The notes beneath the pieces are model-generated. The model ran no database searches and had not been told where the DNA came from. It saw only the letters and a program-made list of their open reading frames with translations. 64,000 bases of DNA, from contig MU058636.1 of the NCBI GenBank assembly GCA_013265495.1, positions 4,809,741 through 4,873,740 of the forward strand. Reading direction: 5' to 3'. A program made the translations under genes and the position numbers. Source of the stretch: Vicugna vicugna. Taxonomy: Eukaryota. The stretch's first letter is position 1. Every line of letters starts with the position of its first letter. Below, in pieces: positions 1 to 12,424 of this stretch.

Positions 1-254
1 GAGACTGAGTCCAGGCTCCCTGTGGAGACTGACCTCATGGTCCCAAGGCAGTTGTGGTGATGAGGTGAGGTATGTGGGGTAAAGAGGCCTGCCAGCACCC
101 CATGCAGTTCTCGAGTCGTTTTTTTTCTTTTTCTACTGTATTCAAGACCGGTTTTTCCCCTCTTAGTTAAGTTTCTATCCACTATATATTCCATATCTAA
201 AGAAGATAGAATCTCTGTTCTAGATCACTGTCCCTAGTTGAGTGAGTAACCCCA

Positions 255-684
255 TGTATTAATGTGCTATGAGGCTGTAACTAAGTACCACAAACTGGGC
301 GGCTTAAACAGCATAAATGTATCATCTCATAGTTCTGAAGGCTAGACATCTATAATCAAGACACTGGCAGGGTTGGTTCCTTCTGAGGGCTGAGAAGGAA
401 TCTGTCCAAAGCCTCGCTCCCAGCTTCCGGTGGTTTGCTGGCAATCTTTGGCCTGTAGACGCATCACCCCAGTCTCTGCCTTCATCTTCACAGGACATTC
501 CCCCTCTGTGCATGTCTGTGTCCAAATATCCTCTTTTCATAGGGACACTGGATTAGGATGCACCATAATAACCGCATCTTAACCTGATTTTGTCAGAAAA
601 CACTGTATTTGCAAACAAGGTCACGTTCACAGGTACTGGGGGTTAGGACTTCAGCATCTTTAACGGGACACAGTTCAACCCACA
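255..684 (-). mobile_element. MaLR LTR, MLT1B/C-like solo LTR in BRCA2 intron 24
   Basis: Typical MLT1 blocks: GTACCACAAACTGGGCGGCTTAAA, GGCAGGGTTGGTTCCTTCTGAGGGCTG, AAGGTCACGTTCACAGGTACTGGGGGTTAGGACTTCA. Subfamily assigned from memory. Confidence 0.75.
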
Positions 685-1589
685 CGGCTGTTATTCTGTC
701 AGTCAGTCCTCATCACTTGCTTTACACTGTGGCCATTTTCATTACTTCTAATCAGAAGGGGGAAAGGTAAGGATACTCATTCTATCTGCTTTTCTTCAGA
801 TTTAAGGGTAATAGAATTCTCAGGATGTATGTCATCTCACCAGTGTGGGGAAGGGACGAGAAGCGGAGCCTCCTGTGCTTGGTTCTAGCCACAACCTTCT
901 GTTTCTTTCCTTCATCATCAGTTTTTAAATTTTGTATCAGGATGTTCCTTATTTGCATGTTTTTGGTGAACATTTCTTTCTTTTATTTAGTTTGATGTCA
1001 AGTGTTAGAGAAAGAAAGCTCTACTAGAGAGCACCGCACTGCCACCTGAAGCCTGAAGTACTCGTTCCCTGACACCCAAATCTAATCGGGATGTGTCTCA
1101 GCTTAAAACCTTTGGTGGCTCTCCCTGCTCCTTAGAAAATGAAACCCGAGCTCCTTCATATGCCTGAAAACCTTTCAGCCTCCTGCCTTAAACCACCACC
1201 CCACATACCTCAGCAAAACTGTACCGTTTCACATACTTGACACAGTAAAGTATTTAACAGCTCCTACCTTTAAAATTGCATTCACTTTGCTTAGAATGTA
1301 CATTTCCTTCCCATCTTGATGAATTTTTCCTGTTTGCTGTTCAGCTTACATGTTGCCTGCTTCCCCATGGCCTCTGCAACAGAATGTGTTGTCATACTGC
1401 ATTGAAATTTTAGCATCAGAAGCAACAGGTCATTTTGGAAATGCTGAGCTTTCTCTAAATTTAGTTATTTTGATTTGTTTTTACCATCAGCATACCAAAA
1501 TAAATGGCCATATTTAGAGGTTCTTTGTATTTTTTAATTTATCTAACACATTTATAAATGAAGTCTTTTGTTTGTTTTCTGTTTTTTGA

Positions 1590-1901
<312 letters not shown>

Positions 1902-2059
1902 TGACAATCAGATGTCAAGGAAGTAGCAGTTTTTATGAAAATTGGATAGTTGAGTTATAAATGGAGGGTGAGATTTCACCATATGTTAATTGGTTATGAA
2001 CCTTACGAGATGGTGGCTGACAGTTATCAGGAAGAAAAGAAAGATCTGAAAAGGAACTG

Positions 2060-2158
2060 CACGGGGTGGGGATGTAGCTCAGTGGCAGAGCGTATGCTTA
2101 GCATGCATGAGGTCCTAGGTTCAATCCCCAGTACCTCCATTTAAAAAAAAAAAAAAAA
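2060..2158 (+). mobile_element. tRNA-Ala-like SINE (Vic-1-like) with poly(A) tail
   Basis: A-box TAGCTCAGTGG, B-box GGTTCAATCCC, A-tail. Perfect 12-bp target-site duplication (TSD) GAAAAGGAACTG at 2048-2059 and 2159-2170. Confidence 0.9.
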
Positions 2159-2391
2159 GAAAAGGAACTGAATTAGGGAAAAGTGTGAGAAGGATGTTCA
2201 GAGCCTTAGACTGTGCAGGCAAACTGGAAATTGGTGACAAGAATAATACGAGTTATCTGTGGTTCAGAGCACTTGGCAGTGTAGTTAGTTAATAATATGT
2301 AGACTGTAAATTTACATTTTAAACTCCATATCTAGTATTTTATACGGTTTATACCTGTCCTAGATTTGAAATAATACCAAATAGGAGAACA

Positions 2392-2605
2392 AAGTTTATT
2401 GAGTGCTTATTGTATGTCTGGCTTTGTTCTCAGCCTGTCTCATTTAATTCCCCCATCAACCCTGCTGAAGTAAAGAACTGTTTTTGCATTTTATTGATGA
2501 GAAGCAGAAAAGTTAAATCACAGAGCCACGTTGGTAGAACCAGGATTCATATGTAAGCAATCTGAATGCAGAGCCCAAACTATGAGCTACTATGCAGGGC
2601 TGCCT
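2392..2605. mobile_element. MIR SINE remnant
   Basis: TTTATTGAGTGCTTATTGTATG...CTCATTTAATTC...CATTTTATTGATGAGAA core-like motifs. Confidence 0.6.
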
Positions 2606-3209
2606 CCCAATAAATCTACAAAAGATAAGCCTCTTAGTTCTGTAGTTTAATATTTGAAATATTATTTAAAATTCATATAAATTAAAATTATATTTTAAAA
2701 GCATTAGAGTAGCCAACTATATAAAGGAAATTTGTGTAATATTTTACCTAAAGACTCGCTTCACATCATGAATAACACCCTGGTTTATCTGGTTTCTAAA
2801 CTGAGGGTTACATTCATAATTTGGCTCCCATGCAGAATACCTAGTACTATTTATTACCCTAGATTTTCTCAGACCATTCAAGGGCAGTTCAGAGATGACT
2901 GTCATTTACATATCATTTTAAAGTTTACTAACAAAATGGCTGGGGAGCTCTCTGACGCCGCTTTCCCTCCCTGATATGTGCACTCACACCCCCTCCCTCC
3001 TTCTCTCCTCCAGCAGTTAATTTCTCCTGAATCGCTGACTAGGTTTTGCATTTTTGCACTGGTATATTGTGTGACAGTTGCTGTCAACTTTGTGGTGTCT
3101 CATTCTTTTCTTCTGGTCCGAGTTTTTTCTGGTTTTAAAAACACTTTCTGAAAACATGAATGTGGGGGTTTGCATTTTACAAAACAGCTTTTCCAATTTA
3201 TTTTCTTAG

Positions 3210-3356
3210 AATATTGATATATTTTGCAATGATGCAGAAAACAAACTTATTCACATACTTAATGCAAATAATCCCAAGTGGTCCACTCCGACTGAAGACT
3301 ATACTTCAGAATCACACACTGCCCAAACAGTCCTTGCTACAGGAAGTAAGTTTCTG
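3210..3356 (+). CDS. BRCA2: BRCA2 exon 26 equivalent (147 nt, phase 0)
   Basis: TTTTCTTAG acceptor and CTG|GTAAGT donor. Translates [49 protein letters not shown]. Not in the ORF track; read by hand. Confidence 0.96.
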
Positions 3357-3744
3357 GTAAGTTAATGCAAATTTAAAGAATTTCATAAATATTATATACA
3401 CAGGCAAAAATATATTCTAGTGTATACATAGTAAACATTATGAAATGTTGATTAAACTTAATTAGAAAATGTGGTTAATTGTTAAGTGGCTCCAATAGGT
3501 GTAAGTTATCTGGAAATTATAACCTGTTTATTAAAGCCAGAATGTAACACTCTTTGGGGGAAAATTTTATTAACAGGAGCTTTCATTTGTGATTGAAAGA
3601 CTTTTTTTTGCCTGTGTCTTTTTGCTAAGAGGACTGTTCTGTACACTTAGGGTTGTTTCTAAGCTCAGTTTGGTTTAATTCTTTAAATCACAATAAAAGG
3701 AAATCAAGCTAAAGTCTGCAATATTGGCTAAGGGCTAATTCCTA

Positions 3745-3945
3745 AGTAGCTAATACTTGCTAAATAAGAGTATGTATATTAACTCATTTAATCTTCACAA
3801 CACCCCTATGAAATAAAAATTATCTCCATTTTACAGATGAGGAAACTATGACATACAGGGATTAAGCACTTGCCTACAATCCCAAAACTAGAAAAGTAGG
3901 ATTAGAACCCAGGCAGTCAGTGTTCTTAAAATGGTTTTACAATGC
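3745..3945. mobile_element. MIR SINE remnant
   Basis: CTCATTTAATCTTCACAACACCCCTATGA...CCATTTTACAGATGAGGAAACT core. Confidence 0.75.
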
Positions 3946-4257
3946 TTAGCTTTGTTTAGCCTGTTAGTAACAAAAAGGAAAAGATTAAAGCGTAAGTTAT
4001 ATCCCCTACCTCCCTTTTTGTCTTACTGCTATTAGAGTTCATCTTTCTTTCTTTTCATGTCATTTTTATATCCTCTTTTGCAAAATTATTACCTTCTGGA
4101 ATAAGAAGAAGAATATGAATGTCTCTTGAAATCATAGCCACTAGGGGAGTGAGATTGTGTGGTATTTGTGTGTTTAAATATTTTTTAATGAAAAGCTACT
4201 TTGATTTTTATATATTAGTACATAATTATATAGGCTATTTTTTAATTTGTTTATCAG

Positions 4258-4896
4258 ATGTCTTCTCCCAGTGAAATGAAATATCAGAGTCCTTTATCAC
4301 TTAGTAAGCCAAAAGGGAAATCTATCTCCACACCTGTATCAGCCCAAATGACTTCAAAGTCTTGTTGCAAAGGGGAGAAAGAGATTGATGACCCAAAAAG
4401 CTGCAAAAAGAGAAGAGCCTTGGATTTCTTAAGTAGACTGCCTGTACCTCCACCTGTTAGTCCCATTTGTACATTTGTTTCTCCAGCTGCACAAAAGGCA
4501 TTTCAGCCACCACGGAGTTGTGGCACCAGATATGAAACACCTATAAAGAAAAAAGAATTGAATTCACCTCAGATGACTCTACTTAAAAAGTTTAATGACA
4601 TTTCTCTTTTGGAAGATGATTCAATAGCTGATGAAGAACTTGCACTGATAAATACCCAAGCCCTTTTGTCCGGTTCATCAGGAGAAGATCAACGTATGTC
4701 TATCAATGAATCCACTAGGACTGCTCCCACTAGTGCAGAGGATTATCTCACACTGAAAAGGCATTACACTACACGTGGGATCAAAGAACGAGAGAATTCC
4801 CAAGCCAGGACTGAAGAACATGAGACTAATATGCAGGACACAAGTACAATAAAAAATATCTCCAAGAGGCTGCAAAGGCGACAGAAACCAAAATGA
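4258..4896 (+). CDS. BRCA2: BRCA2 terminal exon 27 coding part (C-terminal RAD51-binding TR2 region and NLS)
   Basis: TTATCAG acceptor at 4257. Contains [40 protein letters not shown] (NLS, S3291-equivalent SP site, FQPP motif), PIKKKEL and [16 protein letters not shown]. Stop TGA at 4894-4896. Confidence 0.98.
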   Translation: MSSPSEMKYQSPLSLSKPKGKSISTPVSAQMTSKSCCKGEKEIDDPKSCKKRRALDFLSRLPVPPPVSPICTFVSPAAQKAFQPPRSCGTRYETPIKKKELNSPQMTLLKKFNDISLLEDDSIADEELALINTQALLSGSSGEDQRMSINESTRTAPTSAEDYLTLKRHYTTRGIKERENSQARTEEHETNMQDTSTIKNISKRLQRRQKPK

Positions 4897-5620
4897 CAGT
4901 AGTTATTAACAACCTTTCCAGTCTGTAAAGCATATCCAATTTCAAACTGTACACCAGTATCTGCATAATGATAAAAGAAAGCAAATAGTTCAAATTTTAC
5001 CTCAGTGCTTGTATATCTCAGCAATGCTCTTTGCCTGCTTCTGTATTGGTGTACTCTTATTTCAGTTATATATCTTAAAACAGTGACGTATATTTAACTA
5101 ATCAAGAAAAAATCTTTAAATCTTCTGATCACTCTAAGTATTATTTTACAAACATAGGAAACATACCTGTCTCTTTTAGATTGTATCCTTATAATTAAAT
5201 GAAACTAGGTTTCTCGATACAGTTATTTTGACTCACATAATTCTTTTTAGTTTAGTTCCTATTTTAGGTTTTGTTTTTTTTTTTAAAGGGGGGAACCCAA
5301 TAGGAATTAATTTTCCTTAATGCATGTGTTGGTTCTACTACAGTTTTATGCTGATCAAAAAAGTCAGGATCAATAAGAGATTACAGTAGTGTTTCCTTCT
5401 GACCAATTCTTCATCCTTGAGTCAGCATGACAACAAGAAAAAATAGAACCCTCAATGCACTTACTTTTTATGATTCCCGTGTTATCTGTAAAATTAAATT
5501 ATTTCAATTAAAAGTTCAAATACTTTAAATCAGAAACAGATTTCACAGTGTTAATTTTTTTTAACAAAATGATCATCTGGACTACGACTTAAAATCTTTC
5601 TGTCAAATTGGCACTGATTC
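4897..5620 (+). other. BRCA2: BRCA2 3' UTR (approximate end)
   Basis: Follows the stop codon. ATTAAA variant poly(A) signals near 5493-5512; the AATTGGCACTGATT segment resembles the human mRNA end as recalled. Confidence 0.55.
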
Positions 5621-7861
5621 TACTTGATTTATTTTTAGCCCTATCACAGGATTCAGCAAGCAGTCCCCTTTAAACCTATAACAGTTCAATTTAAGATGAT
5701 ACTCTCTTAATTTGTTACTTTCTTACATTTAATAGAGAAAAGAGAGAAAGCAGTTCTAAGTAGGTACTCATAGCATGGAGAAGCTCTTAAATCAGGTCTT
5801 TTAATATGTCTTAAATTTATATACAGTATCATGTTATCAGATCTCATTCTAAACACATTTTAAAGCCAAGAATCGATCCTTTTAAAAAGCAATTTGTTTT
5901 CTTCCATAACTGTGACCCATGATTTTTCTCTGTTCTCAAAATCATTAACATAGTAGTCTACTCTACTGTTCTTTCTAACTTAAGTGTTCTGCCAGTCTTA
6001 TTAATGTGATTTAAGTTTTGTTCATATAATAATTTGGTCTTCACATCCTAATCATCTTCCCAGTGATCCACTCCAGAACAGGGAATAAAACTTCAAGTGT
6101 CAGGGAAACAAAGAATTATAAAAATTTAACCTTTTTTTTTTTTGATTCCTGGAAAAACTTGAGCTATAACTTCCTTCATTCTTCATTACCATTTAGACAA
6201 CCCACTGCAGACACATTTAATGCACACACTGCTTTTTATAAATTAAAAACAATATAGCCAACTTGTATGAGAAAAATATGAAGCTTGAGTATATGTGAAT
6301 ATCATCCCCCCACATAGTAAATGACAATTTAATGATTACAAAGTCAACAATATACACTGCATGATAAGGGATAAATGGTAGAAGCAATCTGTGTAACTTA
6401 CTCAACAATCACTTAATCAGAGCCTACTCTGTCTGTAAAGCACTATCCCAGTTCTAAGAGTGATGCAAATGGTAATACACAAACAACACAAGTCAGTAAA
6501 ATCATACAAATCAGGAGCCATGGGAGTTGAGAGAAAAAATAGAACACGTCTAGGTGGGATAAATAAAGTTGGTGGCATTTAATCAATGATTCTTATGCTT
6601 CCAAACAAAGTATTTTAGGAGTCACATAGGGAAAAACAGGCAAATAAACAGGGAAGCTATTCTGAGCTCTTTAAAAGCTTTGCACTTGTAACCTGGGGCT
6701 ACTTCTCCTTAGTGGCCCAGCCCAGTCCAGCCCAGGTGAACCAGAAGCCCTAAGCAGAGTCAGACCTAAGTCAGGAGGGCTTGAGTTCTGGTCCGTTAGG
6801 CTGCTCCCATGGGATCAAAGAAAAGGAGTTCCCACCTGGGTTCTTTGCCACTTCTTGGTCTACTATCCTAAATGAGTCAAGCCATCCAGATTGAGCTAGT
6901 TCTGCAATGACCACATTGACTAGGATACCCGGAGCTACCTGGGCCTGGAAAACAGGGCAGTTGTCATGTGGATCATCATTATTATTAGATTATTATGTGT
7001 TGTGCTTGGACATACAGAATTTAGCAAAACTATACCTTAAAATCATTCAGATTCGCTAAACTTTAGTTTGTTGGCCAAACTTGGCTACTCAAAGGAGACA
7101 CCAATTTTTTTAATGTTAATGAAGAAAAAATTACAGATGCGTTGCTGGTAGTCAAGACGCTGTATAGATTTCAATAGTGTTAGATAATGGAATGTTAAAG
7201 TAATAATATAGTCTTTCTAATGTGTACAGATCAAATCATTTATATAAGCCAGTAAAATATCAGGTTGCATTTGTTACCTATTCATTGAAGACTGGTAAAT
7301 AAGTTTATGATATAGAAAAGTTGGTTCTTAATATTGTAGGATTCTGTGGAATTTATGGTAATTAAACTTTTTTATATTCTTAAACTAAAACCTTAGATTC
7401 AATGACAAATCCATTAAAAGCAATACCATATATAATTTTAATAACCATAAAAGCACCATTAGATAGGACACTTAAAATAATACTTCACAAAACATTAGAA
7501 AGCTGTTGGCCAACAAGAAATAAAGCATACATCCTACATGATCTTATCTATTGTGGTCTCACACCAAACTAATCTGATTTCAATCTGCTGAGATTTAACT
7601 TGGATTCATTAGTTAGTATTAGTATAAGAGAAGTGGTAGAACTTCACTGTCTTAATGCCACATAAAAATACCAAGACTGCTCATCTTAAGACAAGTGTGA
7701 CTTTTACCTATCTCCATAGGATCTGCGTCCTCGGATGCTTAATTCCTTGCACTCCCAAAACTTTGGGTTGCCAAATGATTATATACATGTTTATAGGCAT
7801 AATGTTAAAAATTGCTTGATTATTCCTCTTAAAAATTGGTGTTTTATAAAAGCAGGCCTGT

Positions 7862-7867
7862 TTTATT
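7862..7867 (-). terminator. N4BP2L1: Candidate N4BP2L1 polyadenylation signal (AATAAA)
   Basis: TTTATT on the + strand, about 775 nt past the N4BP2L1 stop. Confidence 0.45.
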
Positions 7868-8641
7868 TACACTATTAGCACAACAGCCAAAAGTTATTCA
7901 GGTTTAACCCTGTTCAATAAAGTGGTAGTTAAAACACAAGATGTGACTTTAAGTAACGACACTGATTTTCCTCAGTAGCTTGTATAGCTAATAAGAAGGA
8001 TTTTGACAGACATGTTTAACAATGATACATCACTAAAATGAAGGAATAATTTCCCAAAGTGTCTACTTTGAAGGACAATATTCCCTTAGATGTGTACTTT
8101 CTGCCATATTCATTTCAAAGGAAAATCAGTATCATCATTACAGCCACACATCTCACACTGTTAGATAACATGGATTATCAGCGTAGCAATGGCACTAAAA
8201 TTTTTCCTGCCTCCTACTTCTCCTCCCCCACTGTTCCAACTTTCCTGATGGAGATGAATTTCCTGGAAAAAAAAATAGGTTGCTTCAGAGAAAGTGGTAC
8301 TGAAGCTTTATATTATAAACACTTCATTTCATTAATGGACCTACGAGGCTGACTATGTTCTTGGATATGTCCTCAGGTTTCAGCTTCAAATTAATCCTTT
8401 CCCTATAGAAAGGGACTTTGTTTAATCAAATCGGCAGAGTTCCCAGCATCAGACCATGCATATAGGATCACTTTAACAAATGCTTGTTGAAGATGAATGT
8501 AGTTACTTCTGCTCAAAAACTTTCAGGTTCGACTATTTACATTAGAATTAGAGCTCTGACTACAATTGAACAAAGAATAAATACCAAAATTTGAAGTAAA
8601 AACTGATTTAGGAAAATTCTGAGTGCCTGTAAGAGAGACCT

Positions 8642-8900
8642 CTAATATCCATGGTGACAGCCACCCCTTCTGTTAAAGGAGCTCTCATTAATGAAGCCGC
8701 CATGAGCCCTCCGGTTTGGGAACTCTGCGTAGGTGTTCCAGTACCCTGCACCGTTGGAAGGAGATGCATTACTTCTGTCCTGGCTTCTGTTTGCTCTGCT
8801 CGGTTTCTCGGCATGCAGCACACTGTGAAAGGTAACATCATGTTCATACCGTTCTTTCATTCGGTGTATTTTTTCTCTTGGGACTCCATGAATGTTTCTT
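8642..8900 (-). CDS. N4BP2L1: N4BP2L1 coding exon 5 (last)
   Basis: TTTTTTTCCACGTAG acceptor. Translates [35 protein letters not shown]...GGCHHGY, stop TAG at 8644-8642. Exon sum 179+128+89+77+259 = 732 nt = 243 aa. Confidence 0.96.
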
Positions 8901-9259
8901 CTACGTGGAAAAAAATGCAAAAGGTTAGTTAAGGCATCATAGCAAAAGGAGATACTTGTACTTTACAACTACTATATTATTATCTCAGGATGGAACTCTG
9001 ACAAAAGCGTAACAGTCATGTTAGCAGTTATCTTTCAGGCTCAACTCCCGTTTTTCATGCTGCCCTGCAAACCCTCAAACTACCCTGAGGCTAGCGAAAA
9101 GCTAAAGCTTCAGAAATGCTTTGTTTCTGGACATCTCAATTCTGTGCTTCAAGTTGTAAAAGAGCACCATTACTTTTTTTTATTATGTATTTGCCAGTTT
9201 GTCATGCATATATCTATAATCAATTATGTCAGTCCTAGATACTTCTAGAAGCTTATTAA

Positions 9260-9425
9260 AACAATCTTCTTTAATTCAAGAGGGCATGAGAATCAACTGG
9301 GGATATAGTTTGAAATGCAATTACCAGAGATTCCAACTGTGGATGGGCCTGTGAATTAGGATTTTAACATCCACCCCAGGCAATTCTGATGGGGGTGCTC
9401 AACAGATCCCTTTGGAAACACTGTC
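9260..9425. mobile_element. hAT-Charlie MITE, MER5A-like
   Basis: GCATGAGAATCAACTGGGG...GGGCCTGTGAATTAGGATTTTAACA...CCCCAGGCAATTCTGATG...TTTGGAAACACTG. Confidence 0.6.
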
Positions 9426-9990
9426 TGCTTATAACTGTAAGCTGAACTAGGCCTATTCCCCAAAACTAAATTCTGATCTCACTGGTTACTTTAAATCACT
9501 GACATTATCAAATAGCACAGATAGTGAGTATCAGAATCCATGCATTCAGTCAACAAGTTAGTGTTATTTGAACATTTATTGCTTTACAAATTAGAAGCAG
9601 CATTTAGATCATAAATGAACCACAAACGGTTCCACATCTGAAGATCTTTGTTTAGCCTAAGTGCAAAAACACCACTCACAAGTGCAATCCCATGCAGAGG
9701 AAAGTGCTTTTAAATGTTCGCTGATAAAGAAGCATTTAGCAGCATGTTAAATGTGTCCTTTTCAAGGACCAAGTCCAAGCCAAGATTTAGCATTTAGCAT
9801 TACATCAGAAAACTGATCCAAACTAAAGTCTTCACATTAATAATTCCAAAGTTATCAATTTCTAAGAATTACCATTTCTGGCCTGAAAACTACCATGTCC
9901 ATTTCCAGCCTGAAAAGATTCTTTTGTTCGGTCTGAAATACCTGAAAATAGCAGGATACATAATGAGGAACTAGAAAGACAAAGAAGTAC

Positions 9991-10067
9991 CTTGCTAACT
10001 CTTGAACGTTGAATTTCCAGCGTGTGTCAGGTTCTCGGAATATAACTTCATAGTTATTTTCAAGTGC
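9991..10067 (-). CDS. N4BP2L1: N4BP2L1 coding exon 4 (77 nt)
   Basis: AATCAG acceptor and AAG|GTACTT donor. Translates [25 protein letters not shown](R); phases fit both neighbours. Confidence 0.95.
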
Positions 10068-11896
10068 CTGATTTTTCAAAAGTACATAAAACATTGAAGA
10101 CATGGTATGTATGTTTGGGAATGGTTACGCTGCCATTTAACATTTATTACAAATCTTTTCTAAAATTCCTTTTGTTTGACCAGTAATCCAATGCCTTAGT
10201 TTATGTTAACAAATACAGTTGGTTCATTTCCCTTCTTAGCCACTCTTAGATTATTACGGCTCCCAATGATCAATTTTGGTCAATTTTATCTGCTATGCTG
10301 GAAAATTATAAAAGTTCTTTGTTTTGGCTAGTTAAAAAATAGATAGCAGAACTAGTTTTAAATGCCCTGTCCACAGGTATGAGCAATGAATTCTAATGGC
10401 TTCTCAAAGTCCTTTACGTGATTATCATGGACTCACTTCTGTCAGATGCCTTAGAAAGTGAGGGTGCCACAGGCACAGAGCTTAGGAAATAAAAGTGATT
10501 TCCACATACTTGCTCTCCCTGCTACGCAGGACAGTTTGGCTCAATTCAGTGGGCCCCATTTCATTGAGTTTAGAAAATTACCACTTCATATAAACATCAA
10601 ACATTCTTTGCATTCATAAACTGACCACTACTTTTTAACCTCAAACTGAACTTTCTATTATCACTATTGTTTATTGTGTTATAAAATACAGAATGAAAAG
10701 AGCTAAGTAAAAAGATTTCCTCTTTATTCTCTAAACGGACACTTCGAATTTGGGAAGGACATCAAATGTCACATGTGGAAAATTCCTAATTTCTGGGTCT
10801 TATTAATCGCTGTGGGTGGCTAGAAAAGATTGTCCATGTCTAGAAAATAGAAGATAAAAAATAAAAAGTAAAATGACTTCCCTTGAGCCTCTCAGTTAAC
10901 CCCTGACTCTTGGTGCTGAGCTGTGCCTTAACTAACTCGACTCTTCACGTCCCTGTTCATTTCTCTCCCAAGTGGACGCTCGAGCCATGAACTGAAGTAA
11001 CCACAAACTTGATGCTCTTTCTTTCCTACATTCACCAAAGTCCCACAGTCTGGGCCTACGTAAAACTGATGAAAGTACAGTTAAGGAAAAGAATATTCGT
11101 ATGTAAGCTATTTTGCTCAAAACATGAAGAGGCCTAAAAATAGACGGCCACGAGCCCAGTTTTAGAGATATTCACTTTACAATTAGCCAAGTGGGGAGAC
11201 TGCTCAGCTGTCTTCTTCCTGCCCCTGCATGTTTCTGGATCTTTTCTCCTTTCTACACTCAGTAAGGAATGAAAACTTATTAGCACGCAAGATGAAATAT
11301 GTCTGAAAACAGATCAGACATATTTCAAACTCAAAGAAAAAAGTGCACATTGCTTTATTCAATCTTACTGTTCTGAGCGTAGACAACTTAGTTACCTTTA
11401 TATGTGAATTTATATTTATATTCCAGTATCATAACAGGGTTACAATGTTAATCCTAAATCTGTTTTTAAACTAAGAAATTCATTGCCCTGGAACATAGTA
11501 CTCAAGTGCCCGGCGTGACAGAGACAGAACTGTCCTATGAACATCATCTGCAGCTCCTCTGGTGGCATCACCTAGTCCAGCACTTCCTGGCCGGTTTCAG
11601 TGGAGGCTCCTGTGTATGCCTTCCCTTAGGAAAACAATCAAGATGGACACCTTATCAAGAATTCAGACCAAGGACTATTTTTAAAATGTACCCTGAAGTG
11701 ATACCAGCATCTCAGCAAATTTCAGCCACTGAACAACAGAGAAACACTAAAATAAAACCTCTTTATCTGCTCCCCGAGAGGACGACTATTAATGAATATG
11801 AGATCACGGAAGATCAGAAAAAGAAGAAAAAACAAATGTTTCAACTTTCTCACAAAATGCCCATAACTGAAAATTCAGAATGATACTTCTTCCTAC

Positions 11897-11985
11897 CATG
11901 ACTGCATAGGGCTTCATTTCCCAGGCGTGGAGGTTGGTATTATCAATAATAATGGGGGATATGCCATTCCTCATTGCTTTTCTTG
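11897..11985 (-). CDS. N4BP2L1: N4BP2L1 coding exon 3 (89 nt)
   Basis: TTGCAG acceptor and ATG|GTAGGA donor. Translates [30 protein letters not shown], including the Walker-B-like IIIDNTN motif. Confidence 0.96.
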
Positions 11986-12296
11986 CTGCAACACAATGTT
12001 ACATAACAGTGAACAACATGCAACAGTCAGAGAAGGGTGAGCGTACTCCATATTTTGTTATTTTTATTACCAGAGGTCCTCATTACACAACTTTAACACC
12101 ACCTATTTCAGAACCCATTATCAATCATTCTCTTTTTCCTGGCATCTAGGGAGGTTACACTCTGGCATTCTGTTTGAGGGGGGGGAAATGGCAGAACTTT
12201 AGATTAAGCTCCTTCCATAACACTTTTTCATTTTGCAGTAGCTACAATCTACGTGCACAATAGGATTTCCCAGGAGTGTGGAAAGGAATGTTTCAC

Positions 12297-12424
12297 CTCT
12301 TTTCTGGTTCCATTCATGAGCTTCCTCCAGGAAATCAGGATTGAACTCATAGGCACCATCTTCCCTGAAGAAAAAATCATCAGTGCTGAAAATCAGGGCC
12401 CTGGGAAAGTCGTGTTGCAATTGT
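12297..12424 (-). CDS. N4BP2L1: N4BP2L1 coding exon 2 (128 nt)
   Basis: TTTTCCAG acceptor and GAG|GTGAAA donor. Translates [42 protein letters not shown]. Confidence 0.96.

Noticed and set aside
2063..2140. Possible tRNA-Ala gene
   Set aside because: The poly(A) tail, TSD and degenerate acceptor stem mark it as a SINE.
3160..3360. 66-aa ORF over BRCA2 exon 26
   Set aside because: Wrong frame; the real exon 3210-3356 is read in another frame.
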